Shown here one piece after another: positions 41,139 to 55,575 of a DNA stretch of 64,000 nt (positions within the stretch are counted from its first letter, which is position 1; each line of letters opens with the position of its first letter). The notes beneath the pieces were generated by a model, which saw nothing but the letters and a program-made list of their open reading frames with translations, was not told the DNA's origin and did not search any database. The position numbers and the translations under genes were made by a program. The stretch covers positions 93,372,001-93,436,000 of the forward strand of contig NC_042999.1 of the NCBI RefSeq assembly GCF_006345805.1, read 5' to 3'. Source of the DNA: Octopus sinensis. Lineage: Eukaryota.

Positions 41139-43610
41139 TCATCGTCGACATCATCAACGTCGTCGTCGTCATTGTCACCCTCCTCCTCCTCCTCCTCATC
41201 ATCATCATCATCATCATCATCATCAACGAGGACAACATCATATTGTCGCATATATTTTCTTCATCTATTTATCATTTTCACCATCACGTAAATTATGTTT
41301 AGTAATTGTTTATGGCTTTTCGACGTTTCATTAATACAGTGCATTCCTTGCTTCCGAATATTATTTTCATGTCTCTTTTGAATATGCTTACGATTTCCAT
41401 TAAAGAGAACAGTTAATTCTTCACTTTCCTATGTAGCCACAACTAAACAGTGGATGATCCACTATTACCTGTTATTTCCTTGTAAATATTCTTTCTTAGC
41501 TCCCCTTAGTATAATCGATAGAGGAAGCAGAGATGACCTTACAGTGTGATTTTCCATATGAATTGAAATATTCTGATATAAAATGACGAATTTGGATCGT
41601 TATTTCAAGTAATCCCTCACAACTGGAAGAATCGATTACAGGTTTTCTCCGTTCTACAGGCCAGTGATGAAAATTGATTCTATAAACACAGTGGTTGATC
41701 TGAAAATAACCTTCCTTGAATAAAGCTGACTTTTAGTTTAGATGTGGTCGTTGTTAATGAGACTCGGATTCCAGGTATATTGTTACACGCACTTTATACC
41801 AAAACTTCCGATGTATACCCAAGTGACGGTCGGTCAAAATCCATCGAGTTGTCGGGGCTGTTACCGAAAAACCAGTGATCCAGGATATAAACAGCAACAA
41901 ATATGGTACCTTCAGAGTAATGGATATTCATTATTCATTTACACATGGGATAGTGTAAGTGGAGTACTTCAAGTGCTTCAGAATTGTTTTTGAAAAGGTT
42001 GCTGTTAATAGGGAATTAATAGCGTTGTAATTAGAACGCCCACCGGGAAAACGTAACGGAAGATGTAAAGGAAATACCATGTAAAAGTTTGGAAATCCAT
42101 TCTGGCATGTATAGCTGTCTGTTGTATTGAAACAAAGATGGTTGTAGTGGATGAGTTTAACCATTAGGAATTTTTGGTTGTCGTCAATGCAACCCGCTGC
42201 TACTCATTTCCATAACCGGATTCCTTTAAGTTACGGCAGCATCTGATCAGAGGTCAAAGTATATTCCATCCATAAGAATGGTTGCAAGTGACAGGCATTC
42301 TATTTCATTGATATTTTTTTATGGATCTTGTATCATAGATGATAACGTTAGGGATGTTAGGAAGTCAATTACATAACTAGAGTGCATGAAGCTGTGTTAG
42401 CATACTCATACTACTTCAGCCTTAAGGCAGAGCAGAATTTATATTGCACCTGAAGGGATGTAAGGCCAAAATTTATATCAGGATGAGAAAGTCAATTTTC
42501 CTGTTGCATGGCATCGAAAGATGCACACCTCATAAATGCTACCTGCATAGAATGTTGGATTAATCGTTCCTTTAACTTATCTAGCGTCTTAATTGGCACA
42601 AAATTTAGATACATGTTACTTGCAAGTTAGCCTGTCTGATCCACAAATAGTTACAATTATATGTGAGGCTTGAAAGCGAGATGGTAAATATATATATCTT
42701 CAGCTATGCTGTGACTTTCGCTAAATTTAGAACATCTTGTTCCTTTCTCTATCACTTAAGCAATGGGGCTTGTGATGAAAGAAATGCATATATTGCCAGC
42801 CACTAAGAAACATGCTCAAGTTGTTACGGTCAAGCAATAGACAAGCAAATGTGTGGTAGTGAGAAGAATATTTGCAATAACGATATTTCTGCTTTTGCAA
42901 TCATTGCTGATTCTGTCTGAAATATAGTGGGAAATAGGTCACTTCAAAATATTGTTATCCAGATCACAAAAGCAAAGTTTGAGGGGAACAGTCATTTCCT
43001 ATGATTTCTAGATGCAAGCAAGTAGGAAATAATACTTACTAACCAGAGAAAAGAATAAAAGAAAAATATTGTTTTCTTGCACAATATTAATTTCAAGACA
43101 CATTTATTTTCTTTTTATACTTTCGTTTACTTCACATACTTTTTAAAGCCCTTCTGCATATCTCTCAACACTGTCTCGGTTCGCGTGAAAAATACTAGAA
43201 ACTACATCTGTAGGTAGGAGAACAGTATTTGGAAGACAGCTGTTAAAGTTAGTGATTAGAGTAATATTGAATATGCGGGGTTTCTTAAATGATGCTAGCA
43301 AGAAGCATTCCATTATTAGGAACATTAATATCGTCCATACGTTCAGGTATTAGAATACTATGTATAATTTTCACCTCGTTGTTTGATTTGTTAATCACCA
43401 CTAGATTTTTGGAACTACTACAATATTTGTAACCTGTCATTGTAATGTTCCCTTCATCCGACGCTGTTTGCGAAAAGGACGAAGAAAGAGAAGAAAAATG
43501 ATAAAATGAAGAAGAAGGGGAGGGAGGAAGGAGACTATGATGGAGGAGGAAAGAGAGAAAGGAATCTTGTCACTGTTTTCCCCCACATGTCTGAGAGGCA
43601 ATGTTTTCCA

Positions 43611-43717
43611 TCTCTCATTCCTCCAGGTATCCAGATAATGGTGCCGTCTCTCATTCCTCCAGGTATCCAGATAATGGTGCCGTCTCTCATTCCTCCAGGT
43701 ATCCAGATAAAGGTGCC
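43611..43717. repeat. 36-bp tandem repeat x3
   Basis: Unit tctctcattcctccaggtatccagataatggtgccg; copies 1 and 2 identical, copy 3 nearly so. Confidence 0.95.
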
Positions 43718-43814
43718 ATAACCTCAAAATATCGAAATACATGCTAAAACCTCAACTGCAGTTCTGTTCTAAATTTTGTAGTTTCTCTCTAATTGTTTCG
43801 GCATTGTGAAATAA

Positions 43815-43917
43815 TGTATGTATGCATGTATGTATGTATGTATGTATGTATGTATGTATGTATGTATGTATGTATGTATGTATGTATGTATGTATCTATC
43901 TATCTATCTATCTATCT

Positions 43918-43956
<39 letters not shown>

Positions 43957-43981
43957 GTCTATCTGTCTATCTACCTATCTT

Positions 43982-44017
<36 letters not shown>

Positions 44018-44045
44018 CTAATCTGTCTGTCTGTCTGTCTGTCTA
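43815..44045. repeat. (TATG)n-(TATC)n compound tetranucleotide microsatellite
   Basis: Direct reading. Confidence 0.95.
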
Positions 44046-45155
44046 TGGATTCTATCCATATGTGTGTATGAGTGTATTTATGCATGCGTGTATGTGATAA
44101 AAACTTTTCATGCATGCATAAATTCATGCATACGTACATGCATATGTACATGCACACGCACATACTTATATATATTGAAGGAGAGAGGAGTGGGGAGAGA
44201 GTGGGAGGGATTCTGATACCTATGGTATTAAGATCTTTCGTTTATTTATGATTACATATATAGACTTTTTCAAATAAATATCACATGAGCCGAACTGACG
44301 AAGCTACTTCTAAGTAGTAATTTGAGCAGTTAGATGTAGCAGTGACATTTATTTCAAGTCATCGGGTACTCACTGAGACAAGATGAGATATATGGCTTGA
44401 TGTTGTTTTACACGTATTATGCCAGAATAAGTGACGTATCTGTTACGCTTGTGATTTTATATCTTCTGGTGGGTGAAAAATTACAACAAACAGCAATATA
44501 TCTATTGGTGGAAAGGAAATTACAAGCAGCAATAAAAGGTGTCAAGCATTTCGCTGCAAACAACTGAATGATTTAGAAATCGTATCATGATGTTGAAATA
44601 TATTCATAAATAAAAGAAGATCTCCGTAACTTTCAAATGGCTGCTAACACAAGAATGTAATATTAAACCGTTGCCAAGGGGTACCGTTGATAGACTTTGT
44701 TAGACATTTGCATCAATGTAGAGAGTAAAAGAATTGCAACAATATGATGTAAATATCGAAATTCTAAGGATATATTTTGTTGATGTTTGGTGAAATAATA
44801 ATTTTAAGGGGTGAGAGAATATAACTAGTCATCATATTGGATAGATGGAATAAGTTATGAGGTATTACTTCTGAAACGAACAACTACATCACACATGCTG
44901 TTATTTTCAAATAACATGCTGTTATATTTAACGTTGACTCTCATAATAGCAAAAACGTCGTGAATTTTATGTTATAGGTTCTAAGCGAGGAGCATAGTAT
45001 CTCGCCTACATGTAGTTTTAGGAGTATCCGATTGTTTGAACCATATTTTTTCGTTTTAAAATAATTTTAATATGTACAGGCGTGCACACAATCATTCTCT
45101 ATTTCACTCCTTCTCTTTCTATTAAGCATACATAATAAATACATACATTTACACA

Positions 45156-45199
<44 letters not shown>

Positions 45200-45590
45200 T
45201 ACTTATTTCTTTTTCTTATGAACGTGTTCTTTCTACTGATCACAGGTCAGCGTGACTGGTCGGGCTTTTCCTCCTTCAGCGGCATCTATCATTTTCTGCA
45301 ATCCATTGACTTTATCGCAATGACGCTGTTCTAGTTACTACATTCCTATGTAAACCACCATTGAAGAAAGTCAGAATTACTCTCCATAAGTTTTTCGCTA
45401 AAATTAACTTAGCCATTACATTTTAACATAGCACTGCGTTTAAACTCTTCTTTATATTCCCCGGACTATAAACCTAAAGAATATCTATAGTAAACTAATA
45501 TTCACTGTGATCACCCAAAGCCATGTTAAATAGCGTCGTTAAGGATATTTCTATTACAATTACTGATCTATTTAGAACTGAAAGAATATC

Positions 45591-45800
45591 GGTTTAAAAT
45601 TTGACACAAGGGAAGCTATTTCGGAGGAGGAGGTAAGTCGATTACCTCGATACCAGTGATCAACTGGTATTTATTTTGTCACTTCCGAAAGGATGAAAGG
45701 CAAAGTCATCTTTGGCGGAAATTGAACTTAAAATGCATAGACAGACGAAATGTCGCAAAGTGTGTGGTCCGTTGTGCTAATGATTCTGCCAAATCCTTGC
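45591..45800 (-). mobile_element. SINE family A, diverged
   Basis: Reverse complement of family A (gaaaggatgaaaggcaaagtc...ggcggaaattgaact). Confidence 0.8.
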
Positions 45801-46059
45801 AATCGCAACTGAAAAAATATTGAATAACCCTACCATCTTTTACAATCAAACAGATAATTCCTCAAAATAGAATTCTTACCTAATTCCAACCTTAAGAAAT
45901 ACTTAGCCCAGTTTGATCCTATTTCTAGGCATTCCAAACCCAGGAGCTTAACATTTCCTACTAGCGATAGAAACATATAGACCAAACCATCGTCCCGACA
46001 AAAACAACTCATAGAACATGTCCAACAGCTTTTTTCTTAAACACAGATACCCAGTGGAA

Positions 46060-46470
46060 CCTGATATGGACAGTATATACTTCGATGCCGAAATGCTGAT
46101 GTTGACCATGCAACAACCCATCAGTGGCTCAGTCGCTCAGGACTGAAATCGGTAACTGAAGGTGGTACAAGATCAAAGCTTCTTATCAAAAACTACCAGG
46201 CTAACGTTATTGAAAACGGTTCTGACACTGAATGCCGATTGTGCGATAAATTTGATCAAACAATAGACCATCTCGTCTGGAGATGTCTTATACTGACATC
46301 AAACAAATACAAAAATCGCCACGATAGTGTAAGACAGTATTTACATTAGAAAATATGTAAACAGTGCAGAATCAGCAATCCTGCTTAGTAGTATAAACAT
46401 CATCCTGAGCCAGTCGTTGAAGGTAAAAATGTCACTATTCTCGTGGATTTTCTGGTCAACACCGAGTTTT
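46060..46470 (+). mobile_element. R4/Dong-like fragment (CCHC knuckle region)
   Basis: HQWLSRSGLKS...ECRLCDKFDQTIDHLVWRC...KNRHDSV...YKHHPEPVVE. Confidence 0.8.
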
Positions 46471-46563
46471 CTTTATCGCTATCTTATATTCTCACTGGAA
46501 GATATAGAGTTATGTTCATTTTGAGAGAATGATAGGCTCGATAAATGTTATTAGTAATCTACG

Positions 46564-46649
<86 letters not shown>

Positions 46650-47339
46650 GCAGCTACCATGAAATTTGAAGAAACGTCCTCAACTAACACTCTCCACTCT
46701 CACACGATCTACCCCACATATATATGTGTATGCATGTTTATTTGTGTGCATGTGTATATGTGTATGTACGTATATATCAATGTATATGTGTATTAATGTT
46801 AGCAGCCGTGCCCTGCCTTCGAAAGTAATGTAAATCTAAAACAAGAGTATTCGTATGAATTCATAATATTTTTCATGAATTGTTTAACAGTAAGAAAAAG
46901 TGCTGCATTCAAAGACTTCAGAATATTGTTTAATTTCGCTTAATAAAAATGTGAAAGCAAAGCAAACAATTATAGAACCTAAAGTAATATAATATATTTT
47001 CATTGCATATTCTCATTTTCTCTGAAGACATACTTGTTGTAGCAAAAGTCTCTACTCATTTCCATAATTACTCTAAATGAATTATTTTTCTCATCTGAAA
47101 AATTTCCAATGTCGACTGCACGGCTTGCGGGTATACAATATTCTTAATTTCTTTGGTTGTCTGATGTAAAACAAACTTCAAGAAAATCACATATAGTGTG
47201 AACATCTCCTTGAAAACTTTTGCATCTGTTGGAAAGATTTACGTACTAAAGGACAAAAGTATGGCATACAACTTACAGTCATGTATGTGTATGCGCGTCT
47301 ATGTGCGTACTTGTGAGTCTATGTTTGTGCATGTGAGTC

Positions 47340-47380
<41 letters not shown>

Positions 47381-47423
47381 CTATGTGTGTATTTGTACAG
47401 AAGTTTATATATATATTTATATA

Positions 47424-48115
47424 CAGGGGTTTGACAAAATAATAGAAACCCCTTAAAAAAAATTTCAAACAAATTCTTTTTAATATGGGATAGTAATTGT
47501 GACCCCCTTCAGTCTTGAATGACCATGGGATTGCACCAAGAAAGTTATCCAACGAGGTAGGGGCAAGGTTGTTTATAGAAGACCAGCAGCCGCCCACGCA
47601 TACCACCCTCCTCCCCTCTTCACGCCACCGGTGTTATCCAAGCGAAAGGCAAAGGCCGATACAGCTTCGCACCAGTGACGTTGCAGCTCACTTATTAACG
47701 TGCAAGTGGCAGAGCACTCCACAGACACGTATACCCTTAACGTAGTTCTCGGAGATTCAACGTGACACAGAGTGTGACAAGACTGGCTCTTTGAAATGTA
47801 GGTGCAACAGAAACAGGAAGAAAGAGTGAGACAAAGTCGTGGTGAAAGAGTACAGCAGGGTTCCCCACCAGCCCCTGCTGGAGCTTCGTGGAGCTTTAGA
47901 TGTTTTTGCTCAATAAACACTCACAATACCCGGTCTGGGAATCGAAACCGTGATCCTACGACCGCGAATCCGCTGCCATAACCACTGGGCCATTGCGCCT
48001 CCACGGGGGTAGTAATATTTGGCAGTAATTACAGCTTGAATTGTACGAGGTATGGACTCGTATAAAGTTTGAATAGTTTCCAAAGGAATTTTTATCCAGT
48101 CTTCAGCTTTGGTAC
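47424..48115 (-). mobile_element. 3' end of a Tc1 transposon, interrupted by a SINE insertion
   Basis: TA + caggggtttgacaaaataatagaaaccc TIR; minus-strand WIKIPLETIQTLYESIPRTIQAVITAK matches the Tc1 C-terminus. Confidence 0.8.
47498..48004 (-). mobile_element. Composite SINE: tRNA-like head/body (family C, 48004->47706) joined to a family-B tail (47705->47498)
   Basis: Head ggcgcaatggcccagtggtt...ggtttcgattccc; tail matches 14195-14400; flanked by ggatagtaat / gggtagtaat (TSD, 1 mismatch). Confidence 0.75.
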
Positions 48116-49577
48116 GAAACCAAAGACAAAATTGTTTAACAAGGAAGATTTCTTGGCTTTGTGGTGCATTACTGGAAGTAATGTTGAAGAAGTCCGAAAA
48201 TACTTCAGGCTTGTTCTCATCAGACAGTGTACCAAATACAGATGGAGAATTTATTTATAACCCAGAAGAAGGTCTCACTTTTTCTACATATTTTAGAAGA
48301 TACGAAGAAATCACAGGAGAATGTAAAAATTGGAATGACGAGAAGGAAGTGCGACCACTTTTAAGAAACTTATCCTCTGCCGAACACGGAAAATACTGTA
48401 ATAAAATTCTTCGAAAGAAACCAGGGGAGATTTGTGTTGATCAAACTGCTAATTTGATATGGAGAATTTTCAGTGAATGATGTTCTCTGTTCAATACTCG
48501 TTGATAATGTTTAAACTTTGTTGAAAAAGATTATCAAGATTTCGTCACCTATGCTGGAGTCGGTAACAGAGAGTGTAAATAATTCAAATGAAATTAATTA
48601 ACCCGGATTTGTTGATACGTCTAATTTTTGTTCGAGGGTTACCAGCAAGAAAAGATGATGATATATGTTCCTGTATATTAACAAAATTAGAACAAGTCCA
48701 AAAGGTAACTTTAAAGGCAGTAACTGAAGGATGCCAGAGGATTATAAATTTAAGACATGACGCGGATAACATTGTAGAAAACGATTGCCCTCAGATACGT
48801 GCGTGTTCACTTGAAACGGAGAAGAAATAAGAAGAACTAACGTCAAGGCCAAATCCATGCTATGGGTGCAGAAGTTTACATTTTAAAAGTTATTGTCCTT
48901 TTAAAAATCGTAAATGCTTTGATTGTGGAAAAAATGTTTAAAAAAAAACAAAAAAAGAAAAATGTTGAAAGAATGTATTGTTAAAAAAAACGGGCTCAGA
49001 AAGGAAAAATTATGTCCATAAAAATGAATAATGGGAATATCGAGTTACTGTTGGTTACAGGCAGTGATATCGCGATAATTAATACAGATGGAGAAAAATA
49101 GGAAAAATATTGCATTTTATGGGCGATATGATAAGTGACGTCACATTTCGTGGAAAAACCTGGAAAGCCAATGTTTTTCTGTTGAAAAATACAACAAATT
49201 TATTTGGAACAGACTGGATGAATCTATTTAATTGATGGGACCTCCCCATAAATATTTTTTGTAAATATCTGAATGGTTCTGCCGCTAGTACAAATAAGGT
49301 GTCGGACGATTTTTAAAAAAAGGATTAAAACAAATTTTTCCTGAATTTTTTTCCGAAGAATTGGGTCTTTGCACCAAAACAAAGGGCAAAATTTTAATTA
49401 AAAAAACGCTATACAGGTATTTAAAAAAACCGTACCTTTCTTAGCATTGAAAGAAGTCAACGAAGAATTGGATTGACTTGAAAAGCTTGGCGCTATTGAA
49501 AAAACTGGCTACTCAAAATGGGTGTCCACAACAGTTTATGTCAAGAAAAAAATAATAAAATCAAAGTGCGTGCATAT
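48116..49577 (+). mobile_element. Degraded Ty3/gypsy LTR retrotransposon internal fragment (gag to start of RT)
   Basis: FIYNPEEGLTFSTYFRRYEE...VRPLLRNL...LIFVRGL...LTKLE (gag) and VPFLALKEVNEELD*LEKLGAIEK...SKW...VYVKKK (RT N-terminus); no LTRs recognised. Confidence 0.85.
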
Positions 49578-51481
49578 TTGTGTGTGTGTTGGTATATCTT
49601 TTATCACAAATATATGTGAGATAGTTAATCTATTAAATACCTATTCAATTAGTGGAGTTAATATAATCGATTAGGATATTTGAAGGCATTGTTCCAGCAT
49701 AGTCATAATCATATAATTGTAATAAAAAAATTATTATAGTTATAATTATAAAATAACGAATAAGAAGAAAAGTTTTGAAATATATGTCGCTAATACAACA
49801 TATTTTTTGTATACTATCATTTTTATTAGGCAGCAGACTTTTTAAATATGCTGTGTTCTGAACTTTTGACAAACACTTTAACTATTAAACCTATATACCG
49901 CTTCTTTATACGAGTGGTTTTTGTAAAGCTTCTCGCATTGTACATGGTAACATAACATAAACCTCGAAAACAACACTAAACATTCTCTACATAAATGTTT
50001 CTGTGTTACTAGTAAAATAATTCACTCATACATGTGGAACAGTTGGATTTCATGTTCTTGTTTGATGTTTCTCTCTTTCTTCATTGCCTGCCATAAATAC
50101 TAATTTTCTTTTATAGAACGTCTATATAGAAGAGACAGGATTTGCATAGTCACGCATGAGACTTATCTGTAGAGATTCTGCAACACAGCACCTCGGCGTC
50201 TAAGATAAAAATGAAGAATCAAAATAAATACGTGAAAGTTTCCTTTCTTTTTATGTATAGTAGATTTTTATTATTTTCTATTCCTAAAGCCATTGGTTAT
50301 TTTCCCCTCCAAATGCTTGGAAATATGTATAATGTGATATTTAGTTAATGTTTCTACATACTACTTTAATACGTATTATTAAAGTAGTACGTGTCTATTG
50401 AACTCCCTTAAAGGCATATCTTTCTCGTACAGAAAAAAAGACGTTGTTGTCGTCTATAATATAAAGGATTCTGATACAAAATAAATTGTATTAAGCAGCT
50501 GTAGATATGTTTTAAGAATATTATATGGATTATATTGTGTAATTTCCTTTCAATATTACTAAGCATTAAACATTGTAGTTTGTAATACAGTTTCAATTCT
50601 TTCAATTCTTAGTCGCGGTATTGTACTAAATTTGTTTCTAGTTTTGGTAATTGTTAGCCATGGTCCTTAACCGACAAGCGAATAATCAAGACAGTGAGAA
50701 TTTCCAAGTCTTTAAACTATCTTCTAGAAACAGCAGCTATATGTAATTCAAACAAAGCTTTATATCTATGGGAACGTAAGGATTGTAAAGATAATAAAGT
50801 GGTAGATCTTAAGTACTTACAATCAAAGAAAAATTTCACTTTATATATCACAGCCTTTGATCATTTGTCATTTCAATCAAGACTGAGCAACACCAAGCAA
50901 CAATCACCCACACAAATTGCAATAGAATCCTGAACTCTATATTTACTTGAATCTGTTAAGTTGGTGTACTGTAAATTTTACTGAGATATTGATGTATTGA
51001 AGAATGCAGCCTCTAAGATATATTTATTTGAAGTGACTTAAAAAGAATTAAATTTGAAGGTGACATATTTAGTAGGAATGTAACAAAAGGAATATGTCCT
51101 CAAGTTAACATCAGAACATTTACAAGAAATTCACTAGGTTTAAGTGGAATGCAATTTTAGTTAACAGATAAAGAGAAGAAAGGAAAAACCATTCTGATAA
51201 TATGTGATAATCCTAAGAAGTACGAAATATGGATAGGTAAAGAATCTACTTCGGTGTAGTTTAAGTTTTCATCGATGGATGAATAGAATGGCATAGGAAG
51301 TCGACATTAGTTGGAGCTGAATTTATTGTGACTCTAATGGGGGAATATATATATATATATTTATGTGTGTGTGCATGTGTGTGTGTATGTGTGTGTATGT
51401 GTGTGTGTATTTATATCTGCGTGCATGTGTGCATGTTAGCAAGTGTGTGAGAATATACACACACATATACATATATATATA

Positions 51482-51520
<39 letters not shown>

Positions 51521-51932
51521 ATAGTCTGGAAATAAGGCTGTGAAATACATGTTAAACTGATGATGAATCAGGAACGCGAGCGGGGTTATAATCAAGAGAC
51601 AGATATGACATGCCAGCAACAAGCAGAAGACAGATCACTTCGCATTATACTTAGCGGATATAGGTATGCATTATCTGGGGCATGTTGCTACTGCTGTTGA
51701 AATATCCATGCATTTTACTCACTCAAGTTCAACAATTTTTTCAAAATTTTACACAATTTTTATTATCTCAAATCAAAAGGAAAGAGATTTGCAAATATAT
51801 AACAAGAAAACGTCTACCTGTTGCAGTATCCAAAATCTTTATAAATTCCACTAGAGAATGAAAAGCAAAGGCGACTTAATATATCCACTTCCCTTCTCCA
51901 GCATTTGGAGACTGTAACAAACTTTATTTTTA

Positions 51933-52152
51933 AGGCAGTGAGTTGCCAGTATCGTTTACACAACAGGCAAAATGCTTAGCGGCATTTCGTCCCGTCTTAC
52001 CATGGTGAGTTGAAATTTAGCCGAGATCGACTTTGCTTTCCTCATTTCTAGGTGATGGCGTCGAGAAAATAAGTACTGGCCCAACACTGGTGTCAGTGTA
52101 ATCGACTTAGCTCCCTGCGCAAAATTGCTGGCCTTCTGCGAAACTTGAAAGC
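51933..52152 (+). mobile_element. SINE family A
   Basis: Same head and tail as the other copies. Confidence 0.8.
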
Positions 52153-52241
52153 AATGTGGTAATGTATTATATAGGTGTTTGTTTCTCTATGTGTTTGTAA
52201 GTGTGTGTGCGTGAGAATGTATATGTGTCTCTCTCTCTTCT

Positions 52242-52293
<52 letters not shown>

Positions 52294-54538
52294 TATATAT
52301 ATACATACATGCATATGTTAAAACGGGTATAGCGTGTAGATAAAAAAAAATCATGATGTAGGCTTTATATAAGGCGCAGCAGACTCATTCTAAGTGCCCA
52401 GTAAGAGAGAGCGACTGTGCTTTTGACTGGATCCTTTCAGACAATAAACTAAAGCATGGATCACTTTCTTGTTTGCTGCAAGGCAATACCTTACTCAAAG
52501 AAGATGCATTATATGAAATTACTGGGTAAAATGCATTGATGGCACATGAAACGAAACCCAAAGTGATGGAGATGACTACATTGTAGAGATATGATGAAGT
52601 TCTCTCAAGAATGTCATCTTCATTACATGGACCTAACAGAAGACTAGCTCGAGGCAAGTAAGCTCAATACCGTAATCGAAGCAGATCGTGCAGAACTTAT
52701 ATATATAAGTGGGTCTCATACTCTGGCGCTAACGTAATGCGTATAGCTTCAGTTAATGACAACTTATCATTATTTATGCGGTGATTGTTTTGTACAAAGA
52801 GACTTTCTAATAAATTTCGTTTTAGGATCTCTTTTTGAATAAATTTTCGATTTTCTTTATGTCTTTTAATTAGCAAGAAATATCGAGTGCTGATTGTATG
52901 CTGTATTACTAATATTTAGTTTCTACACTATTTTTGTGTTAAATATCAGGAAATAAGTTCCACGATATATATACATCAGAGTTCCTCTCTGGTGTTGCAC
53001 ATGTTTGGAAAAAGAACTGAAAGTTAAAGAGTTCAAGTAGATATTCTACTTGTTTATTGAATTGTGTTAGCGTGAGTACATTGCTTTTTGGTGCTATTTG
53101 ATGTTGAGAAAGCTCATGCTACCTAAGATGAAGTTACTCGTTTACATTTTGACCAAGATTCGTTAATACCTGCTTTAACTTATTAGATTTGTCTTCATGT
53201 TTTTCATCATATTTGAGGAACCTAGTTCGTGATATAATGTAGAAAACAATATCATGTTATTTTGTATATAATAATACTATGACACGAACCGAGTTTTCTC
53301 TGCCACAGCTGAATAATAACGGGACACATTTATAAATGTATATGGCAACACGACGTCTTTCTCTCTAGCGTGCATGAAATACAAAATATCGTGGAATGTG
53401 TATTTCTGTGTCAGACATTATTTTCTTATATATGTTTGTGTAAGTGCCATGCTCCAGGTATAGTATTTTGCATGTTACAATTTTGAAATTCAACAATTAA
53501 ACCGGTGATGTAAGAGAGAATGACTTCTTTTTGTATCTGTGTATCCTGAGATGTATTTGTATGTATAAATTTACGATGCTGCCACTCACAATTCATAATT
53601 ATTTCTTTAACTAAAAATATTATATCATCATGATTCATCGTACACATAAATAGTAACCTATGCTACTGACTATGCCTTCTTCGTTTATCTATATCGTGAT
53701 GTTTTAAGGTTATTAAAACCTTCAAACGGAAAATTGATATAAAAAATTATGGTAGAATGAAATCTAGACAGAAGAATTTATGAATGCAATATATATAAAG
53801 TTTCTGGAACAAATTTCATTTTAAAATATAAGGAAAGTTAATAGTTACTTTAGAAACTGGAGAACGCGAGATGTGAAGGTAGTATATTCATTTGGCTACA
53901 GATAATGCAACTGTATTTTTCTTACCATATTTTCATTTTCATAGACTGTGCACTATATATTTGCGAGAACTTATAGTCCATGACGCCAATATAGTAAATA
54001 TTTATTTCTGCAGTATTCTGTTACAGTATAAGCATATAAAACAAATTTGTGAAGGACAATTTTCTCACTTTTATTTGGTTCTTCATATTCTGGGAAACAT
54101 ATAAGTTTTATTTTCCGTCGATATCGATATTAAATAAATTGCACAAAGGACGATATAGGAAGAATCATTGTTTGCAAAAAACGTTTGACTTGTCATTTTA
54201 GATGCTGAGTCCAGAAGGACTGACAATGATATATTTCCAACATCGGCATGTGATAACATATTTTCTGGAAATCCTTTATTATTATATTCAGCAAGCGTAC
54301 TCCTCTGGTCCATATCGGCTTCAAAACTATTAATCGCAAAGATAACATAAGTAATCTGTGACATGTAGATGCAAATATATATGCTTATACACATGCATAT
54401 TCGTGTATACATGTAATTGTATCTATGTATATGCACATATCTCTAACTATATGAATTCATATATATTATATACACACAAATACATAATATATAATAGTAT
54501 AAATACGTATAAATATATATGCGTACATATGTATGCAT

Positions 54539-54602
<64 letters not shown>

Positions 54603-55042
54603 AGGGATACATATAAGATCCCTTTAATTGTATGTAGTATAATTTTTCTGAATCTTCAGACTTTTCAATATGCTAGGTCACTGGTTATAAATTGATATTA
54701 ATCAAATTAATATTCAAATTTTCACCCTTATTATATATATACATATGAGCTATCAACTCACTTTTGCTCTTTATTCTAAATATATACAGCTTTCTAGTTT
54801 CAGATAAAGTAATACGTAATATTTGGAAATGAATTATAACTCTATGATACCTCACTTTGTTCCATGCCACTCTATGAATAAAGTGTAATCTGTTTTGCTA
54901 CAATAGCTACAACATGACTTTCTTCCATCTCTGTTAAAATACTAAAAAAAAATTATATTAGCGTATCTTGTCTGTTGAAATTTCATATCTCTGGATGAAC
55001 ACATCCAAACTTTCACTGACTCCCCTGCTAAATACCCAATTT

Positions 55043-55082
<40 letters not shown>

Positions 55083-55184
55083 TCGGGGTGAGTACTTGAT
55101 AATTGTAAGCACCTGTATATACCGTTTGGTGGTGTAGGTGGTGGAGTAAATTAATAAAAATAAAAACATGATGCCAAGGATTCA

Positions 55185-55262
55185 GCGGTACATATGTTTC
55201 GGGCCTTTATTAGACGGATTTATAACAATGCATAATGTATGTCTGTGGCCTTCTTCAGCCGC
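55185..55262 (-). ncRNA. Minimal type I hammerhead ribozyme motif (antisense twin, loop II 13 nt longer)
   Basis: Minus strand gcggctgaagaaggccacagacatacattatgcattgttataaatccgtctaataaaggcccgaaacatatgtaccgc. Confidence 0.7.
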
Positions 55263-55510
55263 GCACAACAACTTCCACAAGGACATGTATTACATCAAAA
55301 ATTCTTGGTTGGGGATGCAAATCCTCTCATTCGCGTACGACATAATGCGACAACAGCATAAAAATGAAGCGTCCATCTCCTTCTTAGAAGAACGAGATGG
55401 ACGCTTCATTTTTATGCTGTTGCCGCATTATTTCGTACGCAAATGAGAGGATTTGCATCCCCAACCAAGATTTTTTGATGTAATACATGTCCTTGTAGAA
55501 GTTGTTGTGC

Positions 55511-55575
55511 GCGGCTGAAGAAGGCCACAGACATACATTAATCCGTCTAATAAAGGCCCGAAACATATGTACCGC
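55511..55575 (+). ncRNA. Minimal type I hammerhead ribozyme motif
   Basis: GCGG-CTGAAGA-A-GGCC[28 nt]GGCC-C-GAAAC-ATAT-GTA/CCGC: 4-bp stem I, intact core, short stem III with palindromic ATAT loop, GUA site (cut after 55571). An A.C pair sits at the base of stem II. Confidence 0.7.

Noticed and set aside
43611-43717. 36-bp repeat x3 as a CRISPR array
   Set aside because: The units are contiguous with no spacers, the context is eukaryotic, and there are no cas genes; it is a plain tandem repeat.
52385-52660. Coding-looking stretch with a gtaag donor
   Set aside because: Two in-frame stops and no recognisable family.
54210-54240. GTCC-agaa-GGAC hairpin resembling hammerhead stem II (also similar at 44295-44325 and 44860-44880)
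   Set aside because: The catalytic core flanks are too degraded and no stems I/III can be formed.
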